Of a stretch of DNA of 64,000 bases, positions 12,960 through 25,760 are shown in pieces. A program made the position numbers and the translations under genes. The stretch lies in contig JAUZTB010000001.1 in NCBI GenBank assembly GCA_034780895.1, forward strand, positions 24,256,865-24,320,864, in the 5' to 3' direction. How positions within the stretch are numbered: position 1 is the stretch's first letter; each line of letters starts with the position of its first letter. Source of the stretch: Rhynchobatus australiae (taxonomy: Eukaryota). The notes under the pieces are model-generated. The model did not search any database. It saw only the letters and a list, made by a program, of their open reading frames with translations, and was not told the DNA's origin.

Positions 12960-13430
12960 AACATGCCTTTGGTCCCTGAACAATAATCCCAGTTTCCCTA
13001 ATATTGCTTCATAACTGGTCCATTGACTCTTTGGATATGCCTCCTGTCAACATCAGTAAGTTCTTGACAATACAACTAAAGTGTGTTGCCCAAAACTATA
13101 CATAATATTTCAACAGAGCCATAAGAAATTATTAACAGTATTCTTGTTTTTACATGGTAAAGCCAAGTTTCTTTAATCAGTCTGATCAAATTAGGCCTCA
13201 GATTTTTGTGTCAACTTTTGTCTATTTCTGCGCCCCTTTAGAGATTTACCATTTAAGTTTTATTATTTCCTTATTCTGCCCATTGAAATCTATCACCTTG
13301 CATCTCTCTGCATCAGATTTCACTTGCCAAATGTCTGTTCCATTCTCCAGACTACCAGTACTCTCCTGAGTCTCCACGTTCTGCCTCACAGTTGGTATAT
13401 TTCAAGCTTTGTGCCATCTGCTAACACTGA
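12960..13430 (-). mobile_element. Decayed CR1 RT fragment
   Basis: tgtgccatctgctaacactgaaat (reverse reads ISVLADGTK, the FADDTK motif) and cacttgccaaatgtctgttccattc (EWxxxWQVK). Confidence 0.55.
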
Positions 13431-16282
13431 AATCAGATTTTCTACACCCACTTAAAAGATTATCTTTTAAGATATGGGTCATGGGCAGATTATTTTTAGA
13501 TTACACTAATTATCCTTAAGGTTGCTGTGGAGACGAAAATGTGTCACATCATTAACAATCTGGCAATCTTCCTTTTGAACCAGAAAAAGATGGTACATGC
13601 TAATAATATGTCCAGTACTGTTTTAAATCATTCTCTAAACTGCACCTTGCTCTTAGTTAATATAAGATGAGGAAGTATTTAGTTAGTATGGTGCTGAGTA
13701 AAGTTGAAAATTAAATAATTTTCCACTCTCTCTTTGAACCCAAAAAACATTCAGACTGGTCTCACTTGTGGGTACCTGCTGGAGAAGTTATCTCTATCCC
13801 TGAGGTGAGGTTCTTTCCATTGACTGGGCCTTGCTTGATTTAGTGGCATCCCATGAACCCAGAGTTGTGGTGGAGAGAAGAGGAGACAGAACAAGCACCA
13901 TTCATAAACCCGTCTTTCAAAATAAAAACCCTCAACCCTTGAATTTTTCTGACATTAGGGATATTCAATCTGAAAACTGTTAAAATATATCAGAACATCA
14001 AACCTTGAAAAAATATCAATATGTTTTAAAACTAATAAACATCTTCAAGACAATAAAATATTTTTTAAAAAATCAACTCATTTTCAGTTGTTTGNNNCGG
14101 CAATGATGTTGCAGTTGGGTGGCATTTTTCAACTTGAACTTATTGGAGTGTGGTTGCAACTCCCATGTTCCGAAGCGCAACTTCTTACACTGGGCACTGC
14201 CAACTCTTCCTCACAAAGTCCAGACACTTGTATTTAGTTAATTGTTAATTTGCATTTTGGTCATGATTAGAATTCAGACTGATATGTAAGGAAAAACATG
14301 TCTGTAAGCACAACTTTCTTTATTAATTTTCTTTATTAATTTAACTACAAAATGCTTGCATACTTGTATGATATTGGCCGAGTCTTACAATTCACATTTA
14401 TTTATCATTAACAAATACAATACACCCAGAAAGTCACAAAGTTCTGCTCTGTTAAGTAAGTAGACTACACTAGTGCCTAGGTTACTGATACCCCACAACC
14501 ACTAATTTGTTTTAGCAATCTTAGTCGTCCAGTCCAAGCACTTGATAGGTAAGTTTCACTTGTATTTCCAAAAAGACATCCTCTGGCTGTGGAGTGAACC
14601 CCTGCTCTCTCCCCACTACTGTGCCACGAAACTGGTGCAAATCACTGCCCTACCCTGATGCTCTCATAGTGAAGAATCACTGACTGTTCAGTGTGGGAAG
14701 GTTGCCTGAGAAGGCTGATGTTGGAGGGGTGGGGAGGTGTGAGTGCAGTAGCTACAATGCAGGGCCTCAGAGCTGTACTGTGGCCAGCATGGTGTGTATG
14801 GCCAATGCTGGGGATTGGCAGCACGTGCATAGACAGGGGTCAGTCAGCTCTGTCAGAAATACATCTTTAAATATATAATACTATAAAGACTCTTTTCAAC
14901 GTTGCTTCCATTAGCACTCATCCTTGAGTACGCATCCTGGGTGCTTGGCGAGATAATGGTATAATATCTCCTCTGCCAAGCCCCACATTTTCTCTTTAAC
15001 AATATTAGGACAGTGTGAACATCAGGGAGAAGACTCTGGCAGAGCTCGCTATATGTCTGTCACAAGAAATCTTATTGAAATTCCTGAGATAACAAACAAT
15101 ACCCTTTCTCGAGCGAGTGTGAAGAGCCACTGGTTGGAGTTCCCTGATTTTATGCTCCCAAATAAACACTTGAACAGAATTTAAATAGACACTGTCAGTG
15201 ATGTGAAATCTGTTTCCACCACACATTCCTGCCTTGGATGCAAATATTTTCTCACTCTTTAATCAAAATCAGGATTTTTAGTAATCCACAGAGTTTATAG
15301 TGTGGTTCTGATACCAGAGGTTTGAACGGGTGAATTGAGGAATGAGATGGCTTTGTAATAACTATTGTGAAGATGATGTTAAGTAAATTTGATGGATTCA
15401 TGTTAAAACGTGTTTCTTGATGGGAAAAACAATTAAATTTTTCTTTATTATCATTTTCTTGTTACTAAAATCATTGAATGTTCTGTGACAATGGAGTTAG
15501 CTCCTCTGAGCAGGGTTCTGCATGTTGATTGCCTCTGACACTTGTCAAACTGCTTTCTCCCCCAAGGATCTCAAAGAATTCCTTCTCCACTTGTAGATCG
15601 GGTGATTACTGAACTATCTACATTTGTCATCATGTGCTAGAATTGCCTGTTGCTTGTCACAATATTTTGTCCCAGTCCCACTCTGTCTTCTCTGTTACAA
15701 TCTCCTAGAGACTAAGTGTGCACATGTTATCATGTTGGTAGGGATATATTGTCTGTTGAGGGATATGATAGAGGGCATTATATATACATAAAAAGACAGG
15801 GATGAGGACCCAGCACCTTCAACTGGTATTTCTAGGACTATGCAAATGATGGCAGTGTGGAGTTCTATAGCATAAGCAATCCCAGCTTCACTGCTGAACT
15901 CAAGGTACCCATATTTTCTTGGCCATTTTTCTCAATGACTGTATTCGCTTGTGTACTAATTTCAGTGGAAATGATATTATAGTTTTACCTGTAACATGTA
16001 GGGCAGTGTGTGAGATAACAAAAATATCTGCACGTTAAATTTGATCAGGTAGAAAGGGAAAGCAGAAGCAGTTTGCAGCAATTAATTTCTCATTACTTAA
16101 TTATCTAAAAAAATCATGCTTGTGTGTTTCAGTGACAGTATTGTTTGCTCTGGCCTTGAAAGATTGACGAATAAATTGCTTAAGGTAGTTGAGTGAAAGC
16201 AGCCTGTGAAACTAAAATTGATATCCTCTGAAAGTGGAAATGTTGATAAGTTACACAAAAGGCAGGTCCATGTGAAATAAAA

Positions 16283-16420
16283 ACCTGCAGATACTGGTAA
16301 CATGAAATAAAAACAGAAAATGCTTGAGTATTTAACAGGTCAAGGCAGCATCTGTGGAAAGAAAAATAGATTTCGCATTTTGGTTCCAAGATCCTTTGTT
16401 AAAACTGGGAAAGAGAGAGT
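16283..16420 (-). mobile_element. Penelope-derived terminal repeat fragment
   Basis: ctgcagatactggtaacatgaaataaaaacagaaaatgcttgagtatttaacaggtcaaggcagcatctgtggaaag. Confidence 0.6.
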
Positions 16421-16503
16421 TCCAGTCAAGCTGGTCAGGGAATTTTAATAAGTTGGTTCAGTTTTAAACAGCTTTAATAATTTCCAGATCCATACTGTGG
16501 ACT

Positions 16504-16580
16504 ATATGCACAGGTGCAATGAAAAACTTGCTTGTTGCAGCATCACAGGCACATAGCGTCAGGTAAGCAGCACTCACGAG
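16504..16580 (-). mobile_element. Rex1/Babar 3' UTR fragment running into a gap
   Basis: tgcacaggtgcaatgaaaaacttgcttgttgcagcatcaca closely matches 683-723. Confidence 0.7.
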
Positions 16581-17984
16581 NNNNNNNNNNNNNNNNNNNN
16601 NNNNNNNNNNNNNNNNNNNNNNNNNNNNNNNNNNNNNNNNNNNNNNNNNNNNNNNNNNNNNNNNNNNNNNNNNNNNNNNNGATCCATACTGTGGACTTCT
16701 ATGTGTTTTTTTTCATGAAGTTCTACCTAACAGGGAACTTATTTGTAAATATTTACAACATTGATCTTTTCCTCACTCACTGCTGCTTGGCAACTAAGGT
16801 ACTTATTGATTTTTGACTCTGTGAACACTTCAAGTCACCAGAGCACATTACTTGAACATTAACTGCAAAAAATAAATCCTCCAAAGAAATAACTTTGATA
16901 GACAAGATGCAAGTTAGTATATGATGTGGGAAATCCTCAGTGAACAGTGGTGGTTTTATCATTTTATAAAAGCAGACTTAAAAGCCAAAAAGATGGTTCT
17001 GCCCTTTGGTCCAGTCAAAGTGTCTGTAAGTTTCAGGAACTTTTCAAAGTATAATCTTTAACAAGATATTTTATTCAATCAATATGTTCATATTTTCTAC
17101 GATTTAATTTTCACAGTAAAATGTTTTTTTTAATTAAGGAAAAGACATCACTGTCTCTTTTTTTGGTATCATAGTCAAGCTGTTCATGGATTTTCGATGA
17201 GGCNNNNNNNNNNNNNNNNNNNNNNNNNNNNNNNNNNNNNNNNNNNNNNNNNNNNNNNNNNNNNNNNNNNNNNNNNNNNNNNNNNNNNNNNNNNNNNNNN
17301 NNNCAAGATGTTCATGGATTTTCGATGAGGCATGCATTGTTTCACAATAAATCATGAATTGAAGTGAACAACCATGAGTACTTATGATGCACCTGATGCA
17401 GCAATGAGACATTTTTCCAAAAAAAAACTACACAAAATAAAATATAGAACAGCAATATTCACAGTGAGCCAGACTTTGAAGATATAATGATGGTGAAATG
17501 CCAGCTCTTGGCATCATTACAGTATAAAATCTGCATGGAACCAAAGGTCAGGCAAGTGGTCATTTAAAAATAATTACTTCTTGGTTTTCTGTCTAAGAAT
17601 CCTACAACCTAACTGGCTTCTCAGCAGCTTGATGACTTCACTGTTTCTGGATGCCAGAAGAGATCACAGACAGAGGATGCCAGATTGCAAATCACATGCA
17701 AATGGGGAAAGTACACCACAGTGGCTGAATAATCATCAACTTCTGGCATCCCTAATCTATCAAGTCAGAAATCTGGACATTGTTTTCAGTGATATCATGC
17801 CCCTCCACATATTTTTTTTGGATACAATTAACTCACTGCACATTTGCTAGGCAATACTCCTGCTATATAAAAATATTATACCTTGTGAAATAAGGTATAA
17901 TTGAGTTCTTAACAAAGCATTTACTGTGAGAGCTTTAAGGTCAGATTTGTCCAATATTTTAAATCTGGATTTAAAATATATTTG

Positions 17985-18222
17985 CAAGGGAAATTTTTTT
18001 GCACAAATAGTAGTGAATGCTTGTAAAGTGCTGCCAGGGGAAGTGGTGGAAGCAGATACGATAGTAACATTTAAGAGGAATTTAGACAGGCACACGAACA
18101 GGCAGGGAATAGAGGGAGTATCGACCTTATGCTGGCACATGGGATTAGTTAGATTGGCATGGTTGGCACAGATATCATGGGCTGAAGGGTCTGTTCCTGT
18201 GCTGTATTGATCTATGTTCTAT
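17985..18222 (+). mobile_element. CR1 LINE 3' end
   Basis: GNFFAQIVVNACKVLPGEVVEADTIVTFKRNLDRH, then gggctgaagggtctgttcctgtgctgtat and a tctatgttctat tail. Confidence 0.9.
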
Positions 18223-18464
18223 AAGTATGGAACGTCATGTGCTTGGAATAAGGTAATAACATTTGTCAAAGAATTTGAGTGTCAATGAACATCACAATCC
18301 ATTGCAAATTAAACATGCTATAAGATTAGAATTTAAAATTAAAGATTTAGAAATAAAATTTTTAAAACTTATAAAGAAACTTTAAGCTTATAAATACATT
18401 TAATTAAACAAAACATGATAAATTACCTAAAACTAACCTCTCCCTCACAATCATTCCTCTCCAT

Positions 18465-19353
18465 GAGGGTGAAAGTAATGAATCGGTGGAAGACTAATTA
18501 CAACAGTATTAGGCAGGAAGTGGAGAAACTGTTTGGGGGTAGATTCATATTTGACAAATCTAGATGTACCCCCAACTTTTAAAGGCTATTTGATTAAAGT
18601 TCAGTGCCAGCATTTTCCTGTGAGGATGAAAGATAAGGATGGCAAGACTTCGGAGCCTTGCATGATGCGATATTGTGAGTTGGGCGAAAGAGAAATAGGA
18701 TGCATATCTAAGGTTTAGGAAGCTGAAAGAAAACCAGGCACAACATTGTGGGCCAAACAACAATGTTGAACAAACACAACAATGTCGGCACAATATTGTG
18801 GGTCAAAGGGCCAGTACTGTGCTGTAGTGCTCAATGTTCTATATTCTAAGACCCTTGAGGAATATAAAGGAAGCAAGAAAGAACTTAAACAAGAAATTAG
18901 GAGCGCTAAAAAGGCTCTGACCTTGGCCAGTAGAATTAAGGGAAATCTCAAGGCATTTTAAACATATTATTTGCAAGAGAGTAGTTAGGGTAGGTCCACT
19001 AAAGGACAAAAGTGGAAATTTATGTGTGAAGCTAGAGGAAGTGTGTGAGGTCCTAAATGAGTACTTCACCAAGGAGAAGGACATGGATAATGGTGAGGTA
19101 AGGGAGAGGTGTGTTGATATTAAGACAGAGGAAATTTTGAGTGTCTTAATAAACATTAATCTGGATAAGTCCCCAGGATACGATGGGATCCATTCAAGGA
19201 TTGCTGGGGTCTTGACAGAGATCTTTATATCCACTTTTTCTATGGGTGAGATGCCAGAAGACTGGAGAATAGCCAACATTGTTCCTTTGTTTAAGAAGGG
19301 CAACAGGGGCATACCAGGAAATTATAGGCTGGTGAGTGTTACATCAGTGGTAG
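18465..19353 (+). mobile_element. CR1 ORF2 internal fragment (EN-RT linker to RT start) with a nested CR1 3' tail at about 18735-18848
   Basis: EVLNEYF...DKSPGYDGIH...GEMPEDWRIANIVPLFKKGNRGIPGNYRLVSVTSVV. Confidence 0.9.
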
Positions 19354-19509
19354 NNNNNNNNNNNNNNNNNNNNNNNNNNNNNNNNNNNNNNNNNNNNNNN
19401 NNNNNNNNNNNNNNNNNNNNNNNNNNNNNNNNNNNNNNNNNNNNNNNNNNNNNNNNNNNNNNNNNNNNNNNNNNNNNNNNNNNNNNNNNNNNNNNNNNNN
19501 NNNNNNNNC

Positions 19510-19740
19510 TTCGCAGGCTGAGCCAGGATCTAAATACCCATCCCTAATTGCCCTTGAGAAGGTAATGGTGAGCTGTCTCCTTGCGTCAGAATTTTACATT
19601 TTAGGAGAATTAAAGGTTATAAGGAGTGGGCATAAAAGTGCAGTTGATGGAAAAATCGGATGAACTATGATTTTATTGACTGGTGGATCAGGCCCTTCAA
19701 GGGGGTACTGCTGCTCCTATTTTTTTCTGTTCTTATTGAC
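19510..19740. mobile_element. Adjacent LINE termini: CR1-Zenon-like 3' end (-) followed by a CR1 3' tail (+)
   Basis: catccctaattgcccttgagaaggtaatggtgagc, then aaggttataaggagtgggca...atgattttattgactggtggatcaggc...gctcctattttttctgttcttat. Confidence 0.55.
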
Positions 19741-21149
19741 TAAGATCAATACTCCTTTTTTCAAAGGAAGTTAGGAAATTAAGGAATAAAGGCATATACT
19801 GTAAATTTGTATTGAGGAAAAGAGCAAAGGTGGAGCCACCTCGAGGGGATGTGCACCCTGCTGCTTTCCTTTCCTGTGTTCTCACGGCTGCTATTTACCC
19901 AATTTGAACTTTTTTGTGTCTGTTCCAGTCTTCATTTCAGTAATGCATCTGCTTTTTTTTCACAGAACAGTAAACAAAGCTTAGAACAGTAAAAAAGGGA
20001 AAACAATATGTGCTCAAGTAGACTTACATACATTTGCTTCTTCACAAATTTCTCTCTTCACTCTNNNNNNNNNNNNNNNNNNNNNNNNNNNNNNNNNNNN
20101 NNNNNNNNNNNNNNNNNNNNNNNNNNNNNNNNNNNNNNNNNNNNNNNNNNNNNNNNNNNNNNNNNNNNNNNNNNNNNNNNNNNNNNNNNNNNNNNNNNNN
20201 NNNNNNNNNNNNNNNNNNNNNNNNNNNNNNNNNNNNNNNNNNNNNNNNNNNNNNNNNNNNNNNNNNNNNNNNNNNNNNNNNNNNNNNNNNNNNNNNNNNN
20301 NNNNNNNNNNNNNNNNNNNNNNNNNNNNNNNNNNNNNNNNNNNNNNNNNNNNNNNNNNNNNNNNNNNNNNNNNNNNNNNNNNNNNNNNNNTGGATTACTT
20401 TGTGTTTACGTTGATTCACTGACATCTCCTAAAGTAATGCAAATGTCAGTAAAAAAAATACCAAAATCCATAAATCACACCTTCTACCAATCTGGAAGCC
20501 TGAAGAGAGCATGTACGCATTGATGTGAGTTGTGATTTAAGACTTTTTACTTAGCAGCTCCTTAAAATCCAGCTTCAAATGTCACAGAGAGATTTAATTA
20601 AAATTTGTAAAATTATTCCAAGATATATACAGAAAAAATATCTTATCGACATCTTTTAAGGCCCATTCCAGTGGCTGAAAGTGAGTAACAGAACAATATT
20701 ATGAATATACTTATAATTCCTGGCCTGTGTTATACCTAGTGTGGGGTGTCAGTGTTACAGTAAGCTCAACTATTCATATATTAGAGAGAAAAAGACAATT
20801 TTCTTGTTAGTTGTTTGTTGGAACCCATCCCTTTTACCATCCACAGAGGTTTGTGGAGCAGGATTGCATCAGACTAATGTTTACACCATTATTGCTCAAT
20901 GTGGTCTTCATAGCACATACTTTATTTCATCAAACAAGGATTATTCAGGACTGGGCAAGAAAGTGGATGAGACACAGAAAAAGCCATAATTTTATTTGAT
21001 GGCAGCACATTCTGCTCCTGCAATTTTTATGCACTTAATAAATCCTTTTGTATCCAAAGAATTAATATTAATTATTGAAACTCCATTAGAAGATCCATTT
21101 TAGAGAATTTTTAGGAACATTTTCCAATAGCTGTCAGAAAATCCATTTT

Positions 21150-21330
21150 CAGTATTACTGCATGGGTTTCCTCCCACATCCCAAGGATGTGCTGGGAGGT
21201 TAATTTGCTACTGTATGTTGCTTCCTTAGGTAGATAAGTGGCAAATGAATTAAAGGAAGTGAGAGAGAATAAGGGCCAGAAGGAAGGGGGGGGATGGAAT
21301 AAATGGGATGCTTCTGTTGTACCAAATGGC
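21150..21330 (+). mobile_element. V-SINE fragment
   Basis: actgcatgggtttcctcccacatcccaaggatgtgctgggaggttaattt is the V-domain. Confidence 0.65.
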
Positions 21331-21656
21331 TGCCTCTCACAGAAGGTAAGTAAATTAATGTGGTCTTTTCTCCAATCCATGCAGTTCTTGAACAGTGCTA
21401 TTTACTTCTGTTGGGTGCAGGTTGTTGGTAAATTCTGTATTTCTCACATAAAGTTTCACTCCAGAAATTATCCATGCATTTCTTCCGAAAGACAATTATG
21501 ATGAAGTAAATGTACTTGAAGAAATAAATATAGATTCCAATGTCAATCATCTATTTAATAAACTGTTCTGCTTCACATATTATTTTACTTTTTTGATTCT
21601 TGTTTTTACATAGTACATACTAAAATTCAAAGGCGAATTCCATTTGTTGGATTCAA

Positions 21657-21717
21657 ACATACACGCACACACACACGTGTGTATGTATGTATGTGTGTGT
21701 GTATATATATATATATA
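21657..21717. repeat. Compound (CA)n/(TATG)n/(TG)n/(TA)n microsatellite
   Basis: 61 nt of uninterrupted purine-pyrimidine alternation, read directly. Confidence 0.9.
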
Positions 21718-21901
21718 AACTTTACATTAATGGTATAATCATATATCCAGTTGTAGCACAGATTTTTCAGTTTAATGTTTGAAATGGTATGGTAATGGTC
21801 ATAAAATACAGGCTTATCATTAATCTGACAGTGGACTATTATGAACTAAATTATCCAATGATAACAACCAATATCAATACTAAGTTATCTTTTATTTGCA
21901 G

Positions 21902-22091
21902 GTTAGACATCTTTACAGTTTGACAGTGTTTGAAAACTTCATTTATGCCATCAACTTGGATAATTTCACTGCTAAATACAAAGTAAGCATCACTAAAATA
22001 AACAGATTCAATGGTACAGATGCCCAAACGCTAGGAAAACTGGAGAATGGTGGAGTTGTACATGTCTACCATAAACTAAGACAACCATTGG
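21902..22091 (+). CDS. LRP1B: LRP1B coding exon (exon 9 equivalent, 190 bp), end of beta-propeller 1
   Basis: Acceptor ttatttgcag|GTT and donor TTG G|gtaagt. Translates VRHLYSLTVFENFIYAINLDNFTAKYKVSITKINRFNGTDAQTLGKLENGGVVHVYHKLRQPL. Phase 0 to 1, consistent with its neighbours. Confidence 0.95.
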
Positions 22092-22689
22092 GTAAGTCTT
22101 TATATTTTACTGTATAATTTCTGGTTGTTTGCATCCTGACTTTGTTCTTCTCTGTTCTCAAATATTTTTGAAAAGGCTTTTCTACACTTTGTTTCCTGTT
22201 ATTAAACAAATCCATTCTTTGCTTGATTAAGTAATAATATTTTTTGACCATTCTAAACTAAACATAGGGGTTAGAAATTTACCATCAATTACACTTACTT
22301 AATGCCTGATGTTGTAACATATGCATGTTTAAATGTACTTATGAAAGTCCATTCTGTTGAAAACAATGGGACCAAATTTTGGAAGGTATACATTATTTTT
22401 GCATGCATCTAATGCAGATGACCAAGAACACATTCCAATTCTGCAGTTGCAGTATCCTTCCCAGTGAATAGGAATCCATAAGACAGCATCACTGACAACA
22501 ATAGTTTTAATTGACACCCCCTCTTCAGAAAAGATGAATATAGAAATGGTACACTGTCACTGAATTTTATTTTGAGAAGATTTGTGTTGTATGGTTTTGC
22601 AGAATTTTTGGTGTGTGTTGTGTCAGGTGTATTTGAAGTTGTCATTAAACAAGAGTGTTGTCCATCTCCCTAATTTAACTTGAAGCTAT

Positions 22690-22990
22690 CTTGTGGAAAT
22701 GTTGAAAATATTGTAAGGTTTTGTGAAGGTAAAGCCAGGAAACATTTTTGCAGCTGCTCAGAAAATTGGTTGCTGGAATCCTTAATTCAAAGATCAATAC
22801 CAAAAGAATGAGAGGTAAAAGTAAAATTGTGAAACTTTTATGAAGGAACATGACGAAATGGATGAAGAATATTTTCAATTAAATTGATTCAAGGAACGAG
22901 TAGAGAATGAAAATTTAGCTTTTTTGGAGATCTAACACAAAAATAATTGGTCAAATGATCTCCATCAGTACTATAAAATGTTACGATTCT
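22690..22990 (+). mobile_element. Old CR1 3' end
   Basis: ttcaagatcaataccaaaagaatgagagg...cacaaaaataattggtcaaatgatctccatcagtactataaaatgttacgattct. Confidence 0.45.
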
Positions 22991-24739
22991 GTCTCAAACT
23001 GAATTTGCGATTCATGATGAAGGCAATCATATCTCCCTTGGATGACTTTGAACTGATCAATTCAGGTTCCAACAAAGAATCTATTGTACATTCACACAGG
23101 AATGGAATGAACTTCTGTGTAATATATATTCAGAAATTTTCTATATGCTAACCAAGTATTCCCATCACAGAACAATTGGTGCGTGTAGCTAGACTAAACT
23201 AAAGGATTTTTTGTTATATTTTATCCAATTCCCAATAGTTATGGAGTGCTCTGATCCCCAGGCATATAAGAGTTGAATATCAGGTTCCTAGTGTTCACGG
23301 ATTTCCTTTGTTCTCATTAAAATTTCAAAGAGCCAATACAGTTCGTTATACCCCAGAGGATGTCCTTAGTGTGGGTGAGAAGCTAGCACAGAATGAGTTT
23401 TAGTGTACAAATGAAATGTACAGGTGATACTGGCAGATGAACACCCGAAACATTTCAATGATTCCCTGCAATGTAGGATGCAGTGAAAAATTTGCTCTAT
23501 ATATACATTTCATGTTGGAATATAATGGTAAAGCAGATGAACAACTGATGTACCTTGGTCACATGGGGATTATATTCCCTTCACACATCCCACAGAGGAT
23601 ATTTGATTGGAGGACAAAGGCCTGACTGTCTGATGACAGAAGTATATAACTACAAAGAGATTACATTTAATTAATCGTTAATGTATGGTTCAACAAGAAA
23701 CACAAGGATGACCTGTCCTGGGCCATTATGCTTTAGCTACTGGCAGTTACTGGTTAGCACCTTATTTTTTAACTTCCCACATTTTCACATATTTATCAGT
23801 CTACAGACAATAGTCACTGCTTTAATACTGTCGGTATTTTGTTTCATGAGACTGCCAACTAGTGTTGCGGAACCATTTTGTGCAAAACATTCCTAAGGCA
23901 GTTTGGAAGAAAGCTACAATGAACATGGTGACTGGCAACATAAGCTTTTGTATTAAAAAAATAACCCTGTTGATAATNNNNNNNNNNNNNNNNNNNNNNN
24001 NNNNNNNNNNNNNNNNNNNNNNNNNNNNNNNNNNNNNNNNNNNNNNNNNNNNNNNNNNNNNNNNNNNNNNNNNNNNNNNNNNNNNNNNNNNNNNNNNNNN
24101 NNNNNNNNNNNNNNNNNNNNNNNNNNNNNNNNNNNNNNNNNNNNNNNNNNNNNNNNNNNNNNNNNNNNNNNNNNNNNNNNNNNNNNNNNNNNNNNNNNNN
24201 NNATCTTGAGCAGGAAGTAATCTGGAGACTTGAGCAATGTAAAAGAGATGGGTCTGACATCAAGGCCTTTGGGAGGGTATCCAGAAATTAAGGCCTGTTA
24301 TCATGACTGGGTGAGTCACTGGAAGGCCTTGGGTGAAGGGGCTTGATTTTGCATAATATTGGAATGTAGATCAATTAGAAAAAAATATGGTTGATTAACT
24401 GTTTAGGAAATGAACATATGAAAAGTGGTCAATATTTCAAAAGCATACGTAAATGCTGATGAGTAAGAAAACTAACAAGGTAAATTGGATATAAAATTTA
24501 AGAAACGAGACAACAAAATAAGAAACAACCTTAACTTTGCTTCTCTTTCTACTGGCTGACCTGTTAGATGTTTATAACATTTTTATTATTTAAAAAAAAT
24601 GTAACATAAATTTTCAAATTCCACAGCATTCCATTAATTCTCTAAGCCAGTCCTTCCAAAAGTGTTCAGAAATTTCAAGCAAAAAATTAAAATATAAGGT
24701 TTTCAAAAATCATTTGCAAAAGCTTTTATGTCCTTTAGC

Positions 24740-25760
24740 ATCGAACATAGAACAGTGCAGTACTGGACAAGCCATTCAGTCCACAATGTTGTGCCGATCT
24801 TGATGCTGATTTATACTAAATGTCCTCCTCCTGTTTAATCATCCATATCCCTCCTTCATATTCATGTGTCTATCTAAAAGCTTCTTAAACTCCACCAAGC
24901 TGTCTGCTTCCACTACTACCCCTCGTAAACCATTCCAGGCACCTACCACCTTCTGCATGAAAACTTTTCCCCTCATATTACCTTTAACTTTCCTCCCTCC
25001 AACCTTAAAAGCATATCCTCTGGTGTTTGACATTTCTACCCTGTGGAACAGATTCTGACTGTCTACTCTATCTATGTCTCTCNNNNNNNNNNNNNNNNNN
25101 NNNNNNNNNNNNNNNNNNNNNNNNNNNNNNNNNNNNNNNNNNNNNNNNNNNNNNNNNNNNNNNNNNNNNNNNNNNNNNNNNNNNNNNNNNNNNNNNNNNN
25201 NNNNNNNNNNNNNNNNNNNNNNNNNNNNNNNNNNNNNNNNNNNNNNNNNNNNNNNNNNNNNNNNNNNNNNNNNNNNNNNNNNNNNNNNNNNNNNNNNNNN
25301 NNNNNNNNNNNNNNNNNNNNNNNNNNNNNNNNNNNNNNNNNNNNNNNNNNNNNNNNNNNNNNNNNNNNNNNNNNNNNNNNNNNNNNNNNNNNNNNNNNNN
25401 NNNNNNNNNNNNNNNNNNNNNNNNNNNNNNNNNNNNNNNNNNNNNNNNNNNNNNNNNNNNNNNNNNNNNNNNNNNNNNNNNNNNNNNNNNNNNNNNNNNN
25501 NNNNNNNNNNNNNNNNNNNNNNNNNNNNNNNNNNNNNNNNNNNNNNNNNNNNNNNNNNNNNNNNNNNNNNNNNNNNNNNNNNNNNNNNNNNNNNNNNNNN
25601 NNNNNNNNNNNNNNNNNNNNNNNNNNNNNNNNNNNNNNNNNNNNNNNNNNNNNNNNNNNNNNNNNNNNNNNNNNNNNNACAGATTCTGACTGTCTACTCT
25701 ATCTATGTCTCTCACAATTTTAAAAACCTCCCTCAGGTCTCCCCTTAGCCTCCAATGCTT
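24740..25760 (-). mobile_element. CR1 LINE 3' end spanning a gap
   Basis: Minus ORFs WRLRGDLREVFKIVRDIDRVDSQNL and SNTRGYAFKVGGRKVKGNMRGKVFMQKVVGAWNGLRGVVVEADSLVEFKKLLDRHM, with a gaacatagaaca tail. Confidence 0.9.

Noticed and set aside
14640-14860. GC-richer block with faint Harbinger-like words (YNAG, CIDRG)
   Set aside because: Too few colinear motifs to support a call.
19026-19353. 173-aa ORF as a host gene or an active reverse transcriptase
   Set aside because: It is a CR1 ORF2 fragment with internal deletions and upstream disruptions, extended through a gap.
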